In this document: in pieces, positions 32,993-40,402 of the stretch
Position numbering within the stretch: position 1 is the stretch's first letter
How the letters are laid out: the number at the start of each line of letters is the position of its first letter
Origin: Candidatus Omnitrophota bacterium
GTDB lineage: Bacteria; Omnitrophota; Gorgyraeia; Zapsychrales; Fredricksoniimonadaceae
Length of the DNA: 64,000 nt
Reading direction: 5' to 3'
NCBI GenBank assembly: GCA_013287965.1
Contig: JABDCU010000001.1
Location: 5,910-69,909, forward strand
Program-made: the position numbers and the translations under genes
Notes under the pieces: model-generated
The model's database searches: none
What the model was told of the DNA's origin: nothing
The model's input: the letters and a program-made list of their open reading frames with translations, nothing else

Positions 32993-34017
32993 GGCCCTTG
33001 TTCTTTCTTCCGGTCCTTATCTTCAAAGAAGGCCAATGCTTTGCTGATAAGAAGATAGTGCCGGACCGCGTACCGGGGCTCTTCTTGTTGATTGGGATGA
33101 ATGGTATCCACAAAGGTCTCTTTGTTCCAATAAGAAGTCAGGTCGGCAAAAAGCGCATTATTCCTGCTTTGAATGATATCCTTAATAGTCTCGTATTCCA
33201 CTCCAAAATCCCCGCTCTGACGCGCTTCCTGCCAAATAAATAAGACCGGGACCCTGTGTTCCTGAAAAATATCCAGCACTTCACGCAGCACAATGAATTT
33301 TTCCTCTCCTGTCGACTTTTCCAATTGAGTCATTTGAATGGCCTTGATATTCCCCCTCATTTTAGAGTTAACATCATTAGGATAGGACAACCATTTTAAA
33401 AACCATTCTGGCAGCAAATGATATAGTCTGAAATTGTACCGGATGAGAGGATCAATGCGTTTTAATGGGATGGGGGTCGAAAGCGCGCATTCTACGGCAG
33501 TGTTATAATTAAAATACCGAAAATAAAAAGAGGCAGGCATGTTCTTTAATACTTCCGGATCAAAAACAATTTGATCGGAATCAGTTTTAAACCTTGGGTC
33601 AAAAGAAAATGTTCCTTCGTTCATGCAGATCACGACCATGTCGGGATGCCAGTTAACGATCTTTGCAGCCTGTGCCAAATAATCGTAAATGGTTGATGCG
33701 ATCTGGGCCATATTCATAAAGGCTACGGGAGCATTAAGCTCGTCTGCAATGCCTTGCATGTATTTAGGAATGTCGTTGTATTGATAAACGGAATTCCCAA
33801 GCAATATGACTAATTTCTTGTTTCCCAACTGCTCTCTGGAAGGAATTTGGGCGAGCTGAAATCCGTAGGAACCAAACTTGATGCCCGGGTACGTCAGAAG
33901 GCTGTAGTTAAAACCATTTTCAACGATGAAACCGCTGGAAATGGTCATAAAAGCGATCGTAAGCGCAGTCCAGAAGATCCTATTTCTTAACCGCTTCTCA
34001 CGATTATCTTCTATCAT
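32989..34017 (-). CDS. Putative periplasmic partner of MBOAT (AlgJ/AlgX/DltD-like SGNH-fold protein). Tentative.
   Basis: N-terminal TM anchor, translationally coupled to MBOAT with a 4-nt overlap. The call is by context and size only. Confidence 0.4.
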   Translation of the reverse strand: MIEDNREKRLRNRIFWTALTIAFMTISSGFIVENGFNYSLLTYPGIKFGSYGFQLAQIPSREQLGNKKLVILLGNSVYQYNDIPKYMQGIADELNAPVAFMNMAQIASTIYDYLAQAAKIVNWHPDMVVICMNEGTFSFDPRFKTDSDQIVFDPEVLKNMPASFYFRYFNYNTAVECALSTPIPLKRIDPLIRYNFRLYHLLPEWFLKWLSYPNDVNSKMRGNIKAIQMTQLEKSTGEEKFIVLREVLDIFQEHRVPVLFIWQEARQSGDFGVEYETIKDIIQSRNNALFADLTSYWNKETFVDTIHPNQQEEPRYAVRHYLLISKALAFFEDKDRKKEQGP

Positions 34018-34126
34018 AATCTTAACATCAGTAGCCCCAACCGGAAAAGGCTTCAGTGATCGCTCTCTGGGTCGACAGCCCTGTCGAATCTGTCTCGCCA
34101 GAGAGGTTCAAATCGGAAGGAAACAT

Positions 34127-34163
34127 ATTTTTAATAGATGGGCTTTCAGCCCATCTATTAAAA
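34127..34163 (-). terminator. Perfect hairpin (17-bp stem tttttaatagatgggct / agcccatctattaaaaa, loop ttc) immediately 3' of tRNA-Glu. Probable intrinsic terminator.
   Basis: Inverted repeat seen directly, with A/T runs on both sides. Confidence 0.55.
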
Positions 34164-34164
34164 A

Positions 34165-34238
34165 TAGCCCCAACCGGATTTGAACCGGTGTTTTCTGCCT
34201 GAGAAGCAGACGTCCTGACCAGGCTAGACGATGGGGCC
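34165..34238 (-). tRNA. tRNA-Glu (anticodon CTC).
   Basis: Hand-folded cloverleaf. Acceptor GGCCCCA/TGGGGCT. The D arm resembles E. coli tRNA-Glu (TCGTCTAG...CAGGAC). Anticodon stem TCTGC/GCAGA with loop TTCTCAG. T arm CCGGTTCAAATCCGG. Confidence 0.8.
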
Positions 34239-34329
34239 AAATCAATATTGAATGGTAAGGATATCTCAAAGCTCCTTAATCGTCAACAAATATCGTTGAC
34301 TCCTGGCGTCCTGAATTTATAATCGAATT

Positions 34330-35517
34330 ATGCCCACCAGTATCAGCATTGGATTCAGCCAGGACCCCGATCCCCCAAACGCTATTTTACAGGCTTGCGT
34401 GCAGGTCAAAAACCAGCTCAAGGCCGCTGATACTGACCTGGTCATTCTCTTTGCCTCGCCCCAGTATGTCGTCCCTGAAGTCCAGGATGTCATCACCCGC
34501 ACCCTTAAACCAAAACACTTAGTCGGCTCTTCCACCGGCGGCATCATCCTGTCCAACGGGGTGGCCAACCGCGGCATCGCCATCGTAGGCATTAATTCCG
34601 ACGATATGAACTTCGGGGTTTCCGCGATAAAGGACATTGACAACCAGGACATGCATTACACCGGATTTGACCTGGCCCGCAAAGCGGCCCAGGACTTAAA
34701 CTCCTCTCACCGGGAAGCCTTCATCACTTTTTCGCAAGGCCTTGAAAAAAACTCTTCCCCCTTTATCCGCGGCGTCAGGGAAGTATTGGGCGGGGGTTTT
34801 CCCGTGCTCGGGGCCATTTCCAGCGACGATTTTAAATATAAACGGCTCTCTCAATTTTATCAGGACCAAATATTGCATCATTCCGTCGTCGGCCTGCTGC
34901 TGGGCGGGGCATTCCATCTGGCCTTAGGCTGCAGGCACAGCTTTAAACCGTTGGGTAAACCTAGGACCATCACCAGGGTCGAGGGTCATATCATCCGCAC
35001 CATTGATGATAGGCCGGCCGTTGAAATTTATAAGCATTTCTTAGGGACCGAAGCTGAAGGGTTAAAAAATACTGCTTTAAACTCATACGCGGCGATGTAC
35101 CCCTTGGGCTCCTATCTGGAAGAGTCCCGCCAATATTTGCTGCGTAACATCATTGACATCCTGGATGACGGTAGTATCGTATGTCATGAGGGGATCCTTC
35201 AGGGCGCTGAAGTGCATCTGATGATCAGCAATAAAGAGTCTTGCCGCAACTCTGCCGTTGAAGCGGCGGAATCAGTCAAGGCGTCCCTGGCTGACAGGCC
35301 GGCCAAGCTGATACTTATATTTGAATCATTGGCCCGGCACAAGATCCTGGGGCGCAGCGCTTTTAATGAGATCCAGGCCATCAAGAATGTCTTAGGGAAC
35401 AGCACGCCGATCGCAGGCATGTGCTCCTACGGTGAAATAGGGCCCTTTGGCACACTGGACAATATAAAGAACATTTATTTGCATAACGAAAGCATCCTTA
35501 TCATGGCCATTGCATAA
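34330..35517 (+). CDS. FIST (N and C) sensory domain protein.
   Basis: Architecture and C-terminal ...CSYGEIGPFG motif typical of the FIST_C domain. First gene of a 3-gene plus-strand signalling operon. Confidence 0.7.
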   Translation: MPTSISIGFSQDPDPPNAILQACVQVKNQLKAADTDLVILFASPQYVVPEVQDVITRTLKPKHLVGSSTGGIILSNGVANRGIAIVGINSDDMNFGVSAIKDIDNQDMHYTGFDLARKAAQDLNSSHREAFITFSQGLEKNSSPFIRGVREVLGGGFPVLGAISSDDFKYKRLSQFYQDQILHHSVVGLLLGGAFHLALGCRHSFKPLGKPRTITRVEGHIIRTIDDRPAVEIYKHFLGTEAEGLKNTALNSYAAMYPLGSYLEESRQYLLRNIIDILDDGSIVCHEGILQGAEVHLMISNKESCRNSAVEAAESVKASLADRPAKLILIFESLARHKILGRSAFNEIQAIKNVLGNSTPIAGMCSYGEIGPFGTLDNIKNIYLHNESILIMAIA

Positions 35518-35519
35518 AT

Positions 35520-37064
35520 ATGGACCCGACAACCCTTGAAACCATATGGACGCTCGGCATCATCATTTTTATCCTGCTGTGCGCGACGACATATCTTTTT
35601 TATGCTTCTGCCACTAAAGAGGAAACCATCAAGAAAAAGGACGAAGAGCACAATAAACTCATGCGCTCTTTTAATGACCTGGATGAACAAGCCAAAATGA
35701 TCATCCGCACTGACCTGGAGCTCCATAAGGTCCGCGAAGAAACGGACCAGCGCCTCAACGGCTTAAACGCCCTTCAAAGAACGTCGCGGCAAATGAGCCA
35801 GGCGCTTAACGCGAATGAGATCTTCCAGCGGATCTCCCCCGCGCTTTTTGAAGACCTGGCCTTCGCCCGCGTCTTGATCGCCTGCGCGGATGATAAGAAC
35901 ACGTTAAAGGTCCGCCTTAACATAGGTTACACGGATGCCCGTGCCGAGGCCATCTTAAAAGAGATCGCCGCTGAAGAACAGCTCAAGAGCGCCCTGAAAG
36001 AGACCCACTCTGTTTCTTCCATCAATGGGTCCAACAAAACCAAAGAAAAAATGATCCATGCCTTTGAAGCGGAACATTTTATCTTCGCGCCCATCCTGAC
36101 CCAAACCGGAAGCATTGGTTTTGTTTTCGCGGGGAACCGTTACAATGCCCCCGCGGTGACACAAGGTGACGAAGAATTGATCACCATCCTGGCCGGGCAA
36201 ATAGGCCAGTCCATCGAAAACGCGGAACTGTTTGAAAAAGTGTTCCGCTCCAGCCAGGAGTTGGAATTAAAAGTCGCGGACCGTACCAAACAGCTGGCCA
36301 ACGCCTTACAAAAAGTCAACGACATCAGTAATAAAAAATCAGAATTTGTCTCCGCTGTTTCGCATGAGCTGCGCACCCCCTTGACGTCCATCAAAGGTTA
36401 TGCCGCCATCCTGATCGCCGGGAAGATCGGTGAAGTGCCTCCCGCGGTCAAGGAACGCTTGAGCAAGATCAACTCCCACTCCGACCATTTGGTCAGCCTG
36501 ATCAACGATCTCCTGGACCTCGCCCGCATTGAGTCCGGACGGCAGGAGATGAAATTGGCCGCTTACAAAATTAAAAATATCCTCGATAACGTCACGGACC
36601 TGCTGGCCCCCCAGATAGCTGCCAAGGGGGTTAAATTACACTTGCAACTGCCCCCGGAGGTAGAAGAGATCTATGCAGATACCTCCCATGTCGAACGTGT
36701 TCTTATCAATCTATTAAGCAACGCTGTAAAATTCACGCCCGCCAACGGCACCATCACCGTGGCGGTTGCACCGGCACTTGATGGCGGCTATGCCGTCTTT
36801 AGCGTGTCTGACACCGGCATCGGCATCCCCGCCTCAGAGGTAGAAAAACTTTTCAGTGAATTCTTTCGGGGCGAAAATGAGATCAACCAAAATGTCAAAG
36901 GGACAGGCCTGGGGCTGGTCCTGGCTAAAAATATTGTTGAGGCGCACCGTGGTAAAATGTGGGTCCAAAGCAAGGCCGGGGCCGGGACCACCTTTTATTT
37001 TACATTGCCCTCGTCCATGAAAGCTTACGAAGAACACCTGACCCTTGAGAAAACTGATGCGTAA
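35520..37064 (+). CDS. Sensor histidine kinase (TM, GAF-like, HisKA, HATPase_c).
   Basis: H-box FVSAVSHELRTPLTSIKGYA. N, G1 and G2 boxes (NLLSNAVKFT, DTGIGI, GTGLGL). Confidence 0.92.
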   Translation: MDPTTLETIWTLGIIIFILLCATTYLFYASATKEETIKKKDEEHNKLMRSFNDLDEQAKMIIRTDLELHKVREETDQRLNGLNALQRTSRQMSQALNANEIFQRISPALFEDLAFARVLIACADDKNTLKVRLNIGYTDARAEAILKEIAAEEQLKSALKETHSVSSINGSNKTKEKMIHAFEAEHFIFAPILTQTGSIGFVFAGNRYNAPAVTQGDEELITILAGQIGQSIENAELFEKVFRSSQELELKVADRTKQLANALQKVNDISNKKSEFVSAVSHELRTPLTSIKGYAAILIAGKIGEVPPAVKERLSKINSHSDHLVSLINDLLDLARIESGRQEMKLAAYKIKNILDNVTDLLAPQIAAKGVKLHLQLPPEVEEIYADTSHVERVLINLLSNAVKFTPANGTITVAVAPALDGGYAVFSVSDTGIGIPASEVEKLFSEFFRGENEINQNVKGTGLGLVLAKNIVEAHRGKMWVQSKAGAGTTFYFTLPSSMKAYEEHLTLEKTDA

Positions 37065-37986
37065 AGAACGTATCCTCATTATCGACGATGATCCTGATAT
37101 CCGCGATGTGCTTAATTTAAGCCTGGCGGAACATTACAGCATTTCCGCGGCCAATAACGGCAAAGAAGGTCTGGAGATGGTCAAGACCAAAAACCCTGAT
37201 TTGATCATCACTGATTATAATATGCCGGTGATGAACGGCCCGCAATTTGTCCGCCAACTGCGCCATGACATTTTACTGCGCCACCTGCCTGTTATCATGC
37301 TCACCGGCAAAGGCGAAACCAGGGACATGGTCACCGGGATCGAATCCGGAGCGGACGACTATATAGTCAAACCTTTTGAACCGGAGACCCTGCTGGCGCG
37401 CATCCGCATGATCTTAAAACGCACCACCCGCTCGCTGGATGCCAATCCCCTGACCCACCTGCCGGGAAACTCGTCGATCATGGAGGAATTCCAGGCCTAC
37501 ATCGACAACGGCAAACCATTCGCGGTGGGCTATGCGGACCTTGATAAATTCAAGATCTATAATGATAAATATGGTTTCGAACACGGGGACGAGGTGATCC
37601 GTTCTTTGGCCCGTATCCTCATTGATGCCACCCAGCAATTCTGCGGACCAGACGCTTTTGTCGGCCATGTCGGTGGGGATGATTTTGTGTTTATCTGCGC
37701 TGATGACAAGGCCGATGCCGTCAGCCAGAACATCATTGATGCCTTTGATAAAATCTCCCCCAGCTTTTATAACGATGAGGACCGCGCCGCGGGCTTTATC
37801 ATGGGAGTTGACCGGCAAGGCAATAGTGTCAAGGTCAGTTTAGTTTCTGTTTCCATCGGCATTGTCAGCAGTGTCAACCAGAAGATCACCCATGTGGCAC
37901 AGATCGGGGAACTCGGCGCGGAGTTAAAGAAATTCGCCAAGTCGGTGGGGAAAAGTAATTTTCAGAGGGACCAGAGGAAAAAATAA
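37045..37986 (+). CDS. Response regulator with REC domain fused to a GGDEF-type domain carrying a GGDDF variant motif.
   Basis: REC segment LIIDDDPDIRD...DLIITDYNMPVMNG...K. GGDEF-like segment YADLDKFKIYND...HVGGDDFVF. Confidence 0.85.
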   Translation: MRKLMRKERILIIDDDPDIRDVLNLSLAEHYSISAANNGKEGLEMVKTKNPDLIITDYNMPVMNGPQFVRQLRHDILLRHLPVIMLTGKGETRDMVTGIESGADDYIVKPFEPETLLARIRMILKRTTRSLDANPLTHLPGNSSIMEEFQAYIDNGKPFAVGYADLDKFKIYNDKYGFEHGDEVIRSLARILIDATQQFCGPDAFVGHVGGDDFVFICADDKADAVSQNIIDAFDKISPSFYNDEDRAAGFIMGVDRQGNSVKVSLVSVSIGIVSSVNQKITHVAQIGELGAELKKFAKSVGKSNFQRDQRKK

Positions 37987-38005
37987 AGACGAAGCAATCT
38001 TTTTA

Positions 38006-39502
38006 TTAATTCGGAACGCACTGTCCGGACGCGCTGCACTTTGTCCAAGTCGGCTGCCCGGCAGGCGGACAGTTCCCGCCATTGGAACCACAGGCGTTTC
38101 CGCAGCTGTCCTTCCCGCAATCCGCGCTCCAATTGGTTCCGCAAGCCGTATTAGCTTTACATGCACCAGCTTCCCAATGCTGACACGGAAGACAACACAG
38201 ACCGGGCAAGGTAGCAGCGGTGATAGTGGTACCGCTGTTGCTGCCGCTGCTGCATGGTTCTCCGCCAGAACAACCCCCGCTATTGGAACCGCAAGGGGTT
38301 CCATCGCTGTCATAACCGCAATCATTGCTCCCGCAAGGTGTCAAAGGCACACATCGAGATAAAATACCATTCCAAATTTCAGTATCAGGACAACTTGTCA
38401 CACACGTGCCAGGAGGCCCGTTAACGTCACCGGTAGTATTATTACATTTTTCCCCGGTAGGACAGTTCCCATTATTTGCCCCGCAAAAGCCCCCGCAACT
38501 GTCTTGACCGCAGCCATTGGGTGATGGAGAACCATTGGAAGCTATGGGGCAAGCGGGGCTCGCCTTGCAATTTCCCGGCACACATGTGTTCCCCTTCCAA
38601 TAAGTACAGTTATTAGGATCAGTGCTGTCATTGCAATTACACCGGCAAGAGTCATAGCCGGGATCCCCGAGAGTTGTATCACAGAATTGATTGGCCGGGC
38701 ATGAATTTATGTCCTGACATCCGGTCCCGGCGGAATTAACATCAGTACATTTATTACCATCTACCTGGCAATAAGCGCATGAGGACGTGGAACTGTCCCA
38801 ATAGGAATACTTAAAACAAGCGCATTCTTTTTTAGTGTCCGTCTGGGTTGAATCACAAAATCCATTCGTGCATACTGTCGGCACACACTTGGTCCCATCA
38901 AAAGTAGTGCATGGGTCCGGACAATAATTGACACACGCAGGCGGATTAGCGGACTGATCAAAATACCAGCCGGTGGGACATATGCATTGAGTGCATGTTG
39001 GGTCAGTTAAAGATCCCGGGACGGAAGAGCAATCCAGGCCATTGGAACAGCCGCATCCTGATGGATTATCAGTTGCTCTTTGTGCCACGGGAACTGCTCC
39101 GCAAACCTGGCCGGTGATTGGACAAAAGCAGGCATTGACCCCGTTACAGGCTACCTGCCCGCTCCCTGAACAATATGCCCCTCCAAATGCCGGCGCCGGG
39201 CATTCGCAGGAACGGTACATGACCGTAGGACCAAAACTGCCTGAAGCAGGACAAGTGACCGAACACCAGCCGCCGTTTATAGGAGTGATCTGTTTGCCGT
39301 CAATGGTCTCATTGCCATTTCCCATGATGACACGGGTAACGGTATTATAATAACCTTGTGCCGTGTCATGTATTTGGGAAACCAACGAGTTTGGGTTGGA
39401 ACTAAAACTGGCAATGACCGCCACCGCGACCACGGCCAAGAGCAAAAGATACTCCAGCGACGTCTGTCCTCGAATAGGGCTATAGGCAGCGGGCATTCTC
39501 AT
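38006..39502 (-). CDS. Type IV pilin-like (prepilin-type N-terminus) protein with a large, extremely Cys-rich extracellular domain. The ORF-track N-terminus (MCPGF...) is an artefact of the REP-2 hairpin, and the likely start is MRMPAAYSPIRG.
   Basis: RG then QTSLEYLLLLAVVAVAVIASF gives a positively charged leader, Gly, Glu at +5 and a hydrophobic helix, which is the class III / type IV pilin signal. The remaining roughly 460 aa contain dozens of Cys in CxxC / C-x-n-C arrays with G/N/S/T-rich spacers. Confidence 0.65.
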   Translation of the reverse strand: MRMPAAYSPIRGQTSLEYLLLLAVVAVAVIASFSSNPNSLVSQIHDTAQGYYNTVTRVIMGNGNETIDGKQITPINGGWCSVTCPASGSFGPTVMYRSCECPAPAFGGAYCSGSGQVACNGVNACFCPITGQVCGAVPVAQRATDNPSGCGCSNGLDCSSVPGSLTDPTCTQCICPTGWYFDQSANPPACVNYCPDPCTTFDGTKCVPTVCTNGFCDSTQTDTKKECACFKYSYWDSSTSSCAYCQVDGNKCTDVNSAGTGCQDINSCPANQFCDTTLGDPGYDSCRCNCNDSTDPNNCTYWKGNTCVPGNCKASPACPIASNGSPSPNGCGQDSCGGFCGANNGNCPTGEKCNNTTGDVNGPPGTCVTSCPDTEIWNGILSRCVPLTPCGSNDCGYDSDGTPCGSNSGGCSGGEPCSSGSNSGTTITAATLPGLCCLPCQHWEAGACKANTACGTNWSADCGKDSCGNACGSNGGNCPPAGQPTWTKCSASGQCVPN

Positions 39503-39538
39503 AGATAATACAAATATACCATATAATTTCAGGGTTAG

Positions 39539-39607
39539 CAAAAAACCGGGACACATTGAATTAAATTAAATTTTACATGAAACTTTAATTCAATGTGTCC
39601 CGGTTTT
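39539..39607. repeat. REP-2 hairpin element copy C (aaaaaaccgggacacattgaatt...aattcaatgtgtcccggttttt). Terminator-like, lying between rpe and the pilin-like gene.
   Basis: Perfect inverted repeat with roughly 20-bp arms flanked by an A-run and a T-run. The same core aaccgggacacattgac is found at 11983-12046 and 24039-24094. Confidence 0.8.
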
Positions 39608-40300
39608 TCTAAGACCCTTGGTGACATTGGAAATATCATCAGCGCCAAAAAGATAGCTGGCAGTAATGAGAACGTGCGCGCCTGCCTTCACCGCCAATGG
39701 GGCGGTTTGGGCATTGATCCCCCCGTCTACGGCGATATCACCTTTAAAAATTTCCTTTAGGCGTACCAGCTTAGGCAAGGCTTCGGCCATGAATTTTTGG
39801 CCGGCAAACCCCGGGTTAACAGACATGACCAAGACCCCGTCGCAATCATTCAAAATGGCCTCGCATAACGGCGTGCCGGGATTGATGACCACGAATGCTT
39901 TTTTCCCAAACCCGCGGACCTTTTTTAAGTCCGCGCGAAGGCCAGGGATGTCCACTTCATCGATCTCTTTAGGCCATTGGTCCCACTGGCGGCATGCAGC
40001 CCGACGCTGTCCATAGCACTCCACCTGGATTTGGATAATGTCTGCCCCGGCTTTCGCGTAGCTTTCAATATAATCCCCGGGATGCTCGATCATCAAGTGG
40101 GCTTCCAGGGGAAGTTTGGTGTGCTTACGCATGGCCTCAACGATCACAGGCCCAATGGTCAAATTAGGGACAAAATGCCCGTCCATGCAATCAATGTGAA
40201 AACGCGCCACCCCGCTGTCTTCACAACGCTTGATATCGCGGGCCAAATTGCCGAAATCAGCGGCGAGGATGCTGGCTGAAACTTCGATGGGTTTTTTCAT
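39590..40300 (-). CDS. rpe: Ribulose-phosphate 3-epimerase. True start at MKKPIEV. The track ORF is extended 13 codons into the tRNA-Leu gene.
   Basis: SILAADFGNL, HIDCMDGHFVPN, and MSVNPGFAGQKF motifs of Rpe. Confidence 0.9.
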   Translation of the reverse strand: MKKPIEVSASILAADFGNLARDIKRCEDSGVARFHIDCMDGHFVPNLTIGPVIVEAMRKHTKLPLEAHLMIEHPGDYIESYAKAGADIIQIQVECYGQRRAACRQWDQWPKEIDEVDIPGLRADLKKVRGFGKKAFVVINPGTPLCEAILNDCDGVLVMSVNPGFAGQKFMAEALPKLVRLKEIFKGDIAVDGGINAQTAPLAVKAGAHVLITASYLFGADDISNVTKGLRKTGTH

Positions 40301-40312
40301 AATGTTCTTTAA

Positions 40313-40394
40313 TGCGCGGGGAGGGAATTGAACCCTCACGCCTTACGGCATACGCCCCTCAAACGTACGCGTCTACCAATTCCGCCACCCGCGC
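40313..40394 (-). tRNA. tRNA-Leu (anticodon GAG), type II with long variable arm.
   Basis: Hand-folded. Acceptor GCGCGGG/CCCGCGC. D loop GAATTGGTAGA. Anticodon stem TACGT/GCGTA with loop TTGAGGG. Variable arm TGCCGTAAGGCGT. T arm GAGGGTTCAATTCCCTC. Confidence 0.85.
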
Positions 40395-40402
40395 TCAAAT
40401 AT

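Noticed and set aside
34028-34120. Possible second tRNA or tRNA pseudogene next to tRNA-Glu.
   Set aside because: Only the 14-nt 3'-end segment tagccccaaccgga is shared. No cloverleaf (acceptor, D, anticodon and T arms) could be folded on either strand. It is treated as a repeat or scar instead.
39502-39556. N-terminal extension MCPGFLLTLKLYGIFVLS of ORF 38006..39556.
   Set aside because: It is encoded by the REP-2 hairpin (aaccgggacacattgaat). The downstream Met (MRMPAAYSPIRG) followed by a prepilin-type motif is the more plausible start.
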